DNA of 63,999 nt, counting the filler, from Phoronis australis (taxonomy: Eukaryota; Animalia; Phoronida), in assembly GCA_002633005.1 (NCBI GenBank). It is 13 parts of 13 records of this genome, joined end to end, with 100 filler letters (N's around TTAATTAATTAA, not from the genome) between each part and the next. Parts side by side here need not be neighbours in the genome. Positions count along the whole stretch, not along the records: positions 29,026 to 43,939 come from NMRA01000126.1; positions 44,040 to 46,130 come from NMRA01003855.1; positions 46,231 to 49,088 come from NMRA01003370.1; 10 more parts are not named here. One strand, 5' to 3'. The position numbers and the translations under genes are program-made. Below are positions 35,281 to 46,791 of the stretch, piece after piece. Within the stretch, counting starts at the first letter, position 1. Each line of letters opens with the position of its first letter. A model generated the notes under the pieces. The model saw only the letters and a program-made list of their open reading frames with translations. It had not been told where the DNA came from and did not search any database.

Positions 35281-37529
35281 ACAATGATTTAGAATATTAG
35301 CAGGGTTTCAGACATTCTTTGAGGAACACTTTATCGAATCAATTTTTATCTTGTAATTGATTCCGTTGGTTTACCAATGTTGATTTGGTTTTTGCTAAAT
35401 TTAACAGTTTTTGAGAGACTGCACCGAAACCCAGTGTGAAACAATGTACATGAAAAAGACAGATGCCTAAAGTTAATGACTGGCAAGACGATTTTTCACG
35501 TCACTTTTCCAAACCAAGCAGGTGTCCTGTGAAGTTTTGATGCACCAAAGAACACGCACTGTGCCGAAACATGTAACTTTATAGACGTTTACACCTGATC
35601 GGCATCATATCTTTTGGCTCTGATGTCATTAATTTGAGAATTGGTACTGCAGCACCCTTGGTAAACTATCTGCTCGCAACGTCAGAACCCACATGCTAAT
35701 GGCATACTGGTCAGCCAAATTCAAGCAGTTCAACGAAGGGCCACGTCCCTAAAATTCCTGCAATAAAGTTCAAATGAAGTCAGCACCCTGAAAGCCCCAT
35801 ATGGCTTGAAATGAAAAGTACAAGTGAGAAAGAGTGTGGACAGAAGCCATGAAATTACAGTATTCATAGGTTCGAATGTTTGCAAGTTCAAAAATCCATA
35901 ACTACTGTGGTAAACACAAGTCCTAAATTACATTAGTTCGAAAGTTAAAATGTCGGAATTTCATGGCACGAGCTTCAGAGCAGTGATCTCATACAAAATG
36001 TTCGAAAGTTTTTGCACAGGTGCCTGCTTCAAAAAGTACTTGGAAGAACCAGTGCCTCTATAAAGAAGCCAAACAAATTTCTGGAATGTGCACTGCGCTG
36101 TCGCTTTCATTAGTATTTTCAAATTTTGGTTTACCGCCACTAAACTCTTCTGCACCTCTAACGTAGACTTTGAATGACTGTTTTCGAGTGTCATGCTGTA
36201 CCCATTTCGTATTAATGCAGTATGAAGCACAAACAACCGTACGTTAGTTTACCTTTTTAATTTTCGTCTTAAAGCTTTCTTGTTTTTTTGGTTATTCCTG
36301 GTTAGCAGCATGTAGTTTGGGAATGTTTATGGCGTATAAACAGACAAAAACGTGTATTAATATAATTTACAAACAATCGACAAAATCACCTGTTTTCAAG
36401 TTGCTACTCATATGCTAAATGAAAAGTTCTTGTCTGTGTGCCGGCAGAAATCGATCACGGGAACCACAGCTCTGCTCCATCTAAATCTAAGAGAGTTTAA
36501 ACCACCTTGGGAGGTCTAAAAATTGTTTTTGTGCTTATGTTTATTGAATCTTGCTTTTCATACTGTTCTAAAGTTATTTAAATAAGCAAGACCAGAGTCC
36601 TGAAGTAAACTGTAGTTCATATTGGGATCACCATTCAAAGTTGTATCCATGTGAGAAAGTACATTGTATGACGAAAATCCATAATACACTTTTTTCAAAC
36701 AATCGTCAACAATGATATTTCTGCTAGCAAATTTGGGAGCTCTTGCCGTTTTAAAGTTCCGTTAAAATAAGAGAAAATAGAGATATTAGAAAAATAGATC
36801 CGGAAACGGGATCAATGTTAGATCACGTATCAAATAGGTAGAAAATGTTGTCAATAAGTGAGAAACGAGTGGGGAAAATAATGGTTGGAGGAAGAGAAAA
36901 AGCATTTAATGACACAAGAGTTGCAGAATTCTCAATCAATGGATTAAAATCATCTAGAAATGTTCGTATGTTTCAATTGTAATTTTCTTTGGGAGGTTTA
37001 TAAATATTGCCAACATTAACATTTTTCTTAATGATGATCCCAACTAAGGTCACAAATCGTGACTCAAAAACTGCGTAATCACTTTTCATTTTAGAGGTTT
37101 TACGCTCCAACGAATTGTGGATGTAAGTAATAAGGCCACCATAGCCACAACATTTCTAACCTTAGGAAACACAAAAGTAATTATCAATTTGAAATAATGA
37201 AAGGTTAGCATAATCATCAAGCCACGTTTCCTGCAGACAAATTGCACTAAAGTAAAAATTCAAATGAGACAGTTGAAGGAGAAACAGGAGCAGGCTATCA
37301 AACTTAGCTCGGATACTTTGTATGTTTAATGACAACATACAAAATTCGTTTTCGTGTTTAAGAGCAAAAGCTCTAAATTAATCAATGTCATAATAGGGAG
37401 AGGACTTGAGTGCACCAGACCCAATATCATCATTCTCATCACCAAGCAAATGAGCAAAACTATTGACATCAATACCACCAAAGTTATTCAATATATCCAT
37501 GTAGTGAAGTAAAGTGTATACTGTAACGA

Positions 37530-38798
37530 AACAAGAACAACGCACAGCCTTGAAATGCGCCCACGAATACACCAAAACGGTGTGCTTCTAGGGTCGTTTA
37601 TTTGTTTCATAAAAATAGTCACTAGATGGCGCAAAAACGTCCCATCCATCGGAAAACGGGAACATGCCATCGCTTCTTTAATAGAAAGCTACTTACCAAA
37701 TTTCATAAAAACCTGTCAAGGAACTTCAGAGAAAGAAAGGAAAACGGAAAAAATAAAATTGTCACCATGGGGCACAGCGTTCATTGGATCTGCCTGAAAG
37801 ACGTCGTCGCCAGTTGTTAGCTTCATATAAATACAATCACTAAATTTAAGATCCTGCAGAATGTTTAGAAGATGCAGCTATGGGCGCAAAACAAAACAGA
37901 ATTGCCACCAGGAGACGCCACAGTAGTCGAATTCGTTATCCTCAACCGTCCTCTTCACACTGAGAACATAGAAGCCACTTTTCAAAATCATCCATAGAAT
38001 GGTTTGGTAGATCGAGGGGTGGACGCCAAAAACAGACTCGATAACAGGAAAAATGGCCACTAGGTGGCGCAAAGTACCTCGATTCCATCCGAAAACAGGA
38101 AAATAGCATCATCTCACCAATAGATGCCATATTCCAAATTTTTTGAAAATCTGTTGAGGACATTTGAATATTCAGAGGTAAACCTAAAGAACTATAATTG
38201 CCACTAGGGGGCACACTGGTGGTCAGATCTCAAATTTGTTTTCATTCGTTGTAAAAATCATATAAATACATTTGCTACATGTAAATTTAGCAAAGATACT
38301 GCAAACGGTTTAGGAGATACAGCCGTGGGAGCAAAAAAAAAAACAAAACAAAACTGCTACCAGGTGGCGCCACAGTAGTCGAAATCGCCGGAAAATCGTC
38401 GTTAGCCGTCCTCTTCATAGTAAGAACAGATATGGAAATTTTCACAATCATCCTGAGAGCGGTTTGGTTGATAGAGAGATAGACGCCAAAACAGACTCGA
38501 AAACAGCAAAAAATGGCCACCAGGCTAGTCAAATTACGTTGAATCCATCCGAAAACGGGAGGATAGCGTCATCTCACCAATAGATGCTTATATGCCAAAT
38601 TTTATGAAAATGTGTTGAGGACCTTTGAAGATATAGAGATAAGAGTAAAAAAAAATAAAATTGCCACTAGGGGGCACACCGGTAGTCGAATCCGTTCGCA
38701 CGTTCGCTCATGCCGTCCAATCTATACAAGGAACATATGTGCAAAATTTCATGAACGTACGTCAAAGGATTTTAGAGTTAGAGCAACGGACGCCGGAT
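37530..38798 (-). mobile_element. DINE-1/HINE-like element, more diverged copy of the same family
   Basis: aacaagaacaacgcacagccttgaaatgcgcccac start, same ~150-bp subrepeats, ends ggacgccgga. Confidence 0.75.
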
Positions 38799-41011
38799 AC
38801 AATGAATGTACCGTACCGTGAGGTGTTTTGCATTGAACAGCTTGTCATGCACCGTTGTACCTGCCACCCTCACCCCCTGTGTATACGCCAGTGCTTGGAG
38901 TTCGCAATTTGCTCGTGGTGTAAGTGTTTTCATTTATATCTCACTTACATGTATGACATCGCCAATCGCTGCCCTAAGCAGGGATCTGTAATTCTTTTTT
39001 ATCTGATTAAGGAAGAAGTTCAGATAACGCTTGTTGTAAAAGTGTTATTTGTAGCAAATAAAGTGGAAATACTCATTTCTTTTTTAAACGTGCTATTTAA
39101 TGAATATTAGTTTTTCATTGGTATGCTGTGTGATGTCATCAGGTCTAAATATAGATGACAATCAGACAAAGGTTACAGAACACAACTCTCTGAAGTTCTG
39201 TTGACAGGTTTTGAATGTTCTCATCGAGATGATTAGACCTTTTCTAGCCTACGATATTTTTTGCCTTTCTCTGCTCAGTACAGACCCACATAGCAATACG
39301 CCAATATATGTAAAGACAGACAAAAGTGGCCCACTGAAATAATACTGTCCATACCACTTGCTTTGGCACAATAGCCTACAAACCGCTGCCCAGCATTCGC
39401 TGTTTGAAAAGCAATCGTGTTAGACTGAGTGAGGTAACATATGCATATGCGTCTTTTGCAGGTTGTCGACATCTCTAAATACAGTTGATAACATTTAACA
39501 ACTGGACTGAAACATGGTGGCATACAGATACAAATGTTCCCATGTGAGTGAGGAGCATACAGAGGTAATGACATATCTAAGTTGTGTTAATATTGGTTTT
39601 TCTTTATGCAAGATAGGTGATTTTCAGCTTTTTATGCAGTTGTCACTGTCCTTGAAGGTTGTCTTCTATCAGGAACGTGTTTGTTCCATCAACGCTTTCA
39701 TCTATAGGTTGTATTTAGTTGTCTATAGCATAGGCGGGGGCCCACCCCCTCCCCCTTGGCTGCCGCCAGCAAAATGAAACAGAAACAGCGTAAAGCGTGA
39801 AGAAAAAGAGAGTTTACTAACTAGGACCGGTAGCGGATGGGGGGCTCAGATCCCAGATTGCGGTGGAATCGTGTTCCCGTTTTTTTAGCCCACCGACAAA
39901 TTTTCGGAACAGAAGGTCCGCATCCTCAGCTCCCATGACTTTCGGGCCCCTTGTGCATATACAATCGCGCTTTGCCCAATTCTCTAAGGCAACATGTTGG
40001 GCCGCTTCCCTTATGGTATCCTAGATCCGCCACTGTATAGTATATAAAATACTTGAATGCGATGGGTGATCTTGTTTGAATCTGCTGACAAATAAATTAC
40101 CATTGTCAAAATGTGGAAACAGAGAATAATAGATTTTCCATTTACTTGATTTTCTTATAGATTCAACATTCAACTACTGACAATAAATCTGGATCCTTGT
40201 TCACTTTTCAAAACTCGTATATGTATTTGTCACAGATATTATGCACGTCAACATGAAAACAATTTTGTCTGTAATGCATATTTTTGATTGAAGAGTTTTG
40301 TATGTAGTATTATCGTGTTTGCATAAAAGGAATTTAAACTATTCTATTTATTTTGAACAGGTTCCAAGCAGCTTCGTGTGTTCCAGAAAGTCACGGATAA
40401 GAGGAAGAGTCCCCTCAACTGACGCATATCAATAAACAAATATCAATAAACTTTGGAATTTAACTTTCTAAAACACTACTTTAATTCATGAAAGTAGAGA
40501 GTCTGTATATAATGACTTTATATATCAATCTGCCATTAATTGGGTCCCTTGACCATATTTTTAATAAGATTCGGGAAAAGGGAATACATTCATAACAAAA
40601 CAGTGGAGTCGATAACATGACCAATTTTCTTTTTATATAAATGTTCAAGATGGAATCTGAAAAATGCCGATTCTGTGTTTTTAGCAACCCTTTTCGTTTT
40701 AATCAATATTTGAGTTTTTCATGAAATTACTGAAAGTCCCTGTTTTAGCTAGCCCTCCCATGCCAAAGTAGATCAGTCAAAAGGCAATCTCTAAAAGCCT
40801 GATGGGGAACAGTGCATAAAGTACAAGATATGAAAGTTTTTGTTGGAATCCTATCAGCCATTTGCAAGATATGTTTTCCGCTTTACCAAGTTTAGACATT
40901 TGTCTAGGATCTCCAATAACCTTAACCTGATGCTTGAACACTTTTCTTTTACTGCGCAGTGAATGATGTCGTATAACTATTGGTCTTCACATACGCCATA
41001 TGTTGATCATA

Positions 41012-41070
41012 TCAGGTGTTGGCTAACGGGTTAGCAGAAAGTCCTGGGTTCAAACCTTGGTTGGGACAGA
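41012..41070 (+). mobile_element. Possible tRNA-derived SINE head (degenerate)
   Basis: A-box-like tggctaacgggttag and B-box-like gggttcaaacc; no cloverleaf. Confidence 0.3.
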
Positions 41071-41489
41071 GAGCATTTTAGATGTAACTATGTATCACCT
41101 GATGCCAACAAATTGAGAGTCTTCAACAGAAGTCTCCAAGACTGCCAAAGTTGGATAAACTTCTTGCCAGAATAATTTGTCAGTTTACGTAGTCGAACTT
41201 TCGTCAGAGTTGAATGTCGACATTGTGTCTAGTCCTTAATTTTTTGTTTGTGACTGGTCTTGCGCAGTAAGTTGTTTTTGTTGAGATTTAGCTAGAATTG
41301 GATTGGATTCTATTGGAAAAGAAACAAATATTTTATTAGCTGTGTCAAATTACGACATTGTGTAGTTTAGTATGAAAAATACTGTATGCCAGCATTTGTA
41401 CCTTTACAGAGTATGTTTTATGTTTTATTATAATTTGGTGGTATTTGGAAAAAATAAAAACTTAGACCTGTCCATGCAGATATTGTTAA

Positions 41490-42776
41490 AGGCGAAGGCA
41501 ACCTTTTTTCATATCATTTTTAGCAAAAATAGGGTTCGTTGATTATCCCAGACATATTTTTCATTTATTCACAGCTTTTCGTAATTTAATTAATTACTCG
41601 TCGTCTACTCCGGAAGTGACGTTTTGGGAGGTAAGAATTTCGCGCCAATTTCTTTTCATACAGTCCGACTGTGAGAGCAGTCGAGTCAGTCATTGTTCTA
41701 CCTCGGTTGTGATAAGTTCGGTCGTCGTTTACTTTTGTTTACGAGTCAATCAACATGCCAGGCTGTTGCTGCCTACCGAGATGTACTCATTATCGTCTCA
41801 CGTACAGAGGAAGAACTGTCCCACTCTTGCCCGAGTGTCCCGCGACACACTCCCAGTGGATGGTGACTTGAGCACCCAAACTGCCTACATCCCGCCGTGC
41901 AACTCCCTCGTCACACATGTGGCACCTTCTAAATAGCTCCAATACAAGTCCACGATAACCTTATCAAACTTAGGCTCACCGATCTGTTCATTGGGTGTCA
42001 AACTGGGCCTGTATTCACTACCACTACTCAACATCACTGCAGAGCTGCTTACAGGCTCTGGGTTAGAGACAACAGCACACGGGGAATCACTGCTAGTTCC
42101 TGGGATTGCACGCTATGGGTTACGTTCGGAGGCATGGGTGACAGTAGATGAAGTGCCTCCAGTCACTGTTTATAGTGGCCACAGCTCGCGAGGCTTCTCG
42201 CTTTAAAAACGCACTTCTCGGGGGTGGCGACGGGGCACTGCCGGGAATCAACAGCGACGGTATGGAACCCTTCTTCAGGCGTTGTTTCGCAGGGACCTTC
42301 ATCAATTCAGCGTACATATCTGTTGTAATCTGACGGCTGAAAATGCTTGCCACTGCTTTGTACGTTGCGCGAACGGGTAGCGCTGCGTTCTTCACGCGAA
42401 CGAGCTAACCAAGTTCGGCGAAGTGTCATCCTTCGGAAAGCGATGCAAGGTACCCAAAGTGCGTGTGAGACAATAATGAGTACATCCTGGTACGCAGCAA
42501 CAGCGTGGCATGTTGACTGACTTGTAAACAAAAGCAAACGACGACCGAACTTATCATATCCGAGGTAGAACAATAACTGACTTGAAAGCTCTCACAGTCT
42601 GACTGTATGAAAAGAAATTGGCGCAAAATTCTTGCCTCCCAAAACGTCACTTCCGGAGTAGAGGACGAGAAATTAATTAAATTACGAAAAGCTGTAATTA
42701 AGTGAAAAATATGTCTGGGATAATGAACAGACCTTATTTTTGCTAAAAGTGACATGAAAAAAGGTTGCCCTCGCCT
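41490..42776 (-). mobile_element. Non-autonomous Kolobok-like DNA transposon (1287 bp) with TTAA TSD, ~313-bp inverted ends and a decayed THAP-domain ORF
   Basis: ttaa|AGGCGAAGGCAACC...GGTTGCCCTCGCCT|ttaa; 41490-41802 is the inverse of ~42464-42776. Minus strand from ATG 42511: MPRCCCVPGCT...LHRFPKD, then frameshifted WLAR, KHFQPSDY, RLKKGSIPSL; further downstream VLELFRRCHMC...VTIHWECVAGH. Confidence 0.8.
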
Positions 42777-43404
42777 TTAAAGCAAAATCACATTCTTATT
42801 TTTAAATATCTTTAAAAGCTATCCACAATTTTCGTTGTAACATACATCATCTCCAGTGAGAGACTACGGTCCACCTGCACTAACATGGAGAACATGTTTT
42901 CCGTGACCCCCTGAGCTTTCCAAAAAGAATGGGCCCAACTCGAGGATTTCATTTTTGTCTATGAAAGTGTCTCATTAAAGGTAGGGCCTATTAATTTTTT
43001 TATAATATTGAAAATGTGAAACCCCATACTGTTTTAAGTACTGGTTAAATTTGAAATTATGTAGAAGACGATTGCTAATGTGTTAGAGTAGTATCAAGAA
43101 CAGAAATTGCGTTTACAGTTTATTGTAATCTGCGAGAGAAAGCTTGCTTCACCACTTAGTTTTTTGTGAAATGAAAAGACATTGATTCCAAGTTTGCTTA
43201 TTAAAAGGAACAGTATTTTATTCTGAATTAATTTAGCATACAGCCTTGTACCAAGGCAAGGGCAACGGGTAGTGTCCTATGTCCGCCCTCTTGGACGACA
43301 CCTTTTTCGCAGAGTTTGAACAACTAGGTGCCATACAAAAGGGCATGGAAAATTTTTTGCTACACTGGCAAACAGTAAATAATAAGAATCAGTGATACAA
43401 TTAT

Positions 43405-43939
43405 ACAAGAGCAACGCAGAGCGTTGAAATGCGCCCACAATTGCACCGTATACGGTATCCTTCTAGGGTTGTTTATTGGTACCATAGAGTGGCCAGTAGA
43501 GGGCATATATGTAGTATGTTGTTCTTTGCAAAATGGAAAGGCATGGTCATTGTCTCCTCAATAGGCTAGGGGCAAAATGTGAGTGATCTTCATAATACAA
43601 GCACATCCTATAATCAGTTGCTTCAAGCACCACAGAAACATAGAATTAAAAACAAATTTACCAACATAAGAGATTAGCACAGCAGTAGAATGCCAGAAAC
43701 AAATTTCTACTTGGAACTTTTCCTTCATAGTCACGAAGTAACACAAAGTATACACCTGAAGACCTATGAAAATACAGAGGTCAATGTAAAATACTAAAAT
43801 TGCCACTAGAGGCATACCGGTAGTCAGAATCATCCTAAAGTCGTCATCGTCCGTTGTCAACATCACATAAATACACTTGCTAAATTTAGTAAAGATCCTG
43901 CAAACGGTTTGGGAGATACAGCCATGGGCGCAAAAAAAA
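43405..43939 (-). mobile_element. DINE-1/HINE-like element, near-identical to 32796-33330, truncated by the contig end
   Basis: acaagagcaacgcagagcgttgaaatgcgcccacaattgcaccg...; its spurious ORF 43558-43866 nearly equals 32939-33259. Confidence 0.8.
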
Positions 43940-46230
43940 NNNNNNNNNNNNNNNNNNNNNNNNNNNNNNNNNNNNNNNNNNNNTTAATTAATTAANNNNN
44001 NNNNNNNNNNNNNNNNNNNNNNNNNNNNNNNNNNNNNNNCTGAGACAATTTTAGGGGGGGGGGGCATGGCCCCCTTGGTTCCCCTCAAAATCTGCCACTG
44101 ACAAGCTCCACAAAACTTCGGAAGGATACTGTTCTGTACTTTCAATGAGATCTCAAGTTGCATGTATTGGAGCGGATGAAAGTCATGCCGACGATATGCA
44201 CTACGAGCTTTGGCAAGGATTGCTTTTTAAATGTGAAGAGCATTATTCCTTGCACGGACTCACAGGCGGACTGCCGCCTGACATTACTTCAACCCCCATG
44301 ACTCTCATTTTATTTGAGTAACACCAAAAAGAACTTGTCACTTGGAACATGACAGCTATGGTTGCAGTTTTTATTTTGGGAATCAGCTTTCCTATAATCA
44401 GACTTTGTCGATGTTCCCATTATAGGCAATGAAGTGTATAAAGAAGGAATCACAGGAGCAGTGAGTCCCTTAAACACACAATTACAAACAATGGTAGATG
44501 ACAATGCTCCAAAGACCTTGAGGCCTTCACTGAGTGAAATTCGCCTAGTTCGTTGTCACAAACTTGATCCTCTCGAGCTTGTAAGTTCTTGTCTTCACGG
44601 TCACTGTCAACAATGACATAATTTTGCATGTCAAAGCAGAGCATGGAGGTTACATGTACGGAAATTGCCTTTATCATTTACAGCTGTGAGTGCACCTTTG
44701 GGATATCTCAGCACAAGTATGACTAGGGACAATAGACTATTTTAAATTTGTCCTGGTTTTGATGTCAACGGGGTGTCCTGTGTTAAACCTTTCCTGATTT
44801 ATGTCATAAAACTACGAAAACGCCTACTTTTTCAGACTCGGGCGTAATTTTTATGCTTTTACATGGGAAAAATATACGATCCTTCCGTTACTAGATGCAC
44901 TGAACGGTGTACCTGAACCGAAAACAATGAGGGTACTAAAGCAGTTTGCTAGCATTTCGTGCGGATGCAAAATTTCCTGCATGTCTTACGAATGCCAAAA
45001 ATGAATACGTACGTGAAGTTTTAAATGAATGTGAGAAGTAGAAATATTGATAAATCATCAACCACGATACATTTATTATATCCATGTCAAGATGGCATTA
45101 ATTCACAGCGGTGTACCTACATGTATACCGAAAACAACGCTCGGGTACTAAAGCACTATGGAGTAGGAATATTGATGAATTATCAACCACCATGCATTCA
45201 CCAAATCCATTTCAAGATGGCTTCATTTCACAGCGTGACTAAAAAATTTATAGCCTCTGCGCCTCAACCTCACTCAGCGTAACCATGCGCACGGTCGGCT
45301 CGAAACTAAATGTACTTAGTAGGATATCTTGTCCCTACCAGTCGTACGGATGGTGTCTCTGTTTGAGAATGAGTTGTGAGTTGGTTGAGAAACACTAGTG
45401 GCAGTGAGTGGAACTGGACTCATTTGAAAAACATTGTAATCAATATTTTCATCCCTTGTTACCCTATGGTGTAGCCGCATCGCGCGTTTATTGCCGATGA
45501 ATAACATAAAACTTTCCCTAATCGTCTGCACGATCCTCAGTGACAACTACATGTATGCAAACACCACTCAGACGAAGTTGGCTGGTCACAGCCGATTATT
45601 ACGTGCAGTGGTTTGAATCAGAAGTAAATTCAAAATTATTACTAACTTAGTTATCATTATACATGTAGTTAGCAGCACCAGTAGGTGCAACATTTTTGTT
45701 TTCATTGTCCATCTATATCCTATCTTTAACGGTTACTGGGCTGGCGCGACCTTTTCTGCAAAGATTAAAGGGCTTTCAATCAAATCGAATCTCCCGCCAG
45801 GTACATAACAGGTTCGTATACCCTCAGTCCGAGGTGTACTTATGGTAGAATGGTGTCGGGAAAAACCAAGACAAAACGTAGTTTTGATCCTAAGGGAGTT
45901 GTATGTCTACATGCATACGACCGTTGGCGTTGACTGAGAACGAATGCTACTGTCGCCTCAGGCCTCTGTGGTCATGAACACAGCAAATTGTGAAAAGAGA
46001 TAAATCTCAACCCTAATTCCTTCTTTCAATTAATAAATTGATATTTCAATTCTTCGGTCCCATGCTAACGAAATGCTTTAACCACCGATTCTATCTTTGT
46101 TATCCAGAGTCTAGTGGCGGATTTAAGGGGNNNNNNNNNNNNNNNNNNNNNNNNNNNNNNNNNNNNNNNNNNNNTTAATTAATTAANNNNNNNNNNNNNN
46201 NNNNNNNNNNNNNNNNNNNNNNNNNNNNNN

Positions 46231-46791
46231 CTCGGGGGTGGCGATGGGGCACTGCCGGGAATCAACAGCGAAGGTATGGAACCCTTCTTCAGGCGTTGTT
46301 TCGCAGGGACCTTCATCAATTCAGCGTACATATCTCTGTCGTAATCTGACGGCTGAAAATGCTTGCCACTGCTTTGTACGTTGCGTGAACGGGTAGCGCT
46401 GCATTCTTCACATGAACGAGCTAGCCAAGTACGGCGAAGTGTGTCATCCTTCAGAAAGCGATGCAAGGTACCCAAAGCGCGTGTGAGACAACGAGTACAT
46501 CCTGGTACGCAGCAACAGCGTGGCATGTTGTCTGACTCGTAAACAAAAGCAAACGACGACCGAACTTATCACATCGGAGGTAGAACAATGACTGACTTGA
46601 CAGCACTCACAGTCTGACTGTATGAAAAGAAATTGGCACAAAATTTTTGCCTCCCAAAACGTCACTTCCGGAGTAGAGGACGAGAAATTAATTAAATTAC
46701 AAAAAGCTGTAATTAAGTGAAAAATATGTCTGGGATAATCAACAGACCTTATTTTTGCTAAAAATGACATGGAAAAAAGTTGCCTTCGTAT
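46231..46791 (-). mobile_element. Second (partial) copy of the Kolobok-like THAP element
   Basis: Highly similar to 42217-42776; ORF MPRCCCVPGC...HRFLKD...W...KHF...RLKKGSIPSL; ends ttgccttcgtat|ttaa. Confidence 0.8.

Noticed and set aside
41012-41070. Functional tRNA gene
   Set aside because: A/B-box-like motifs only; no acceptor or anticodon stems.
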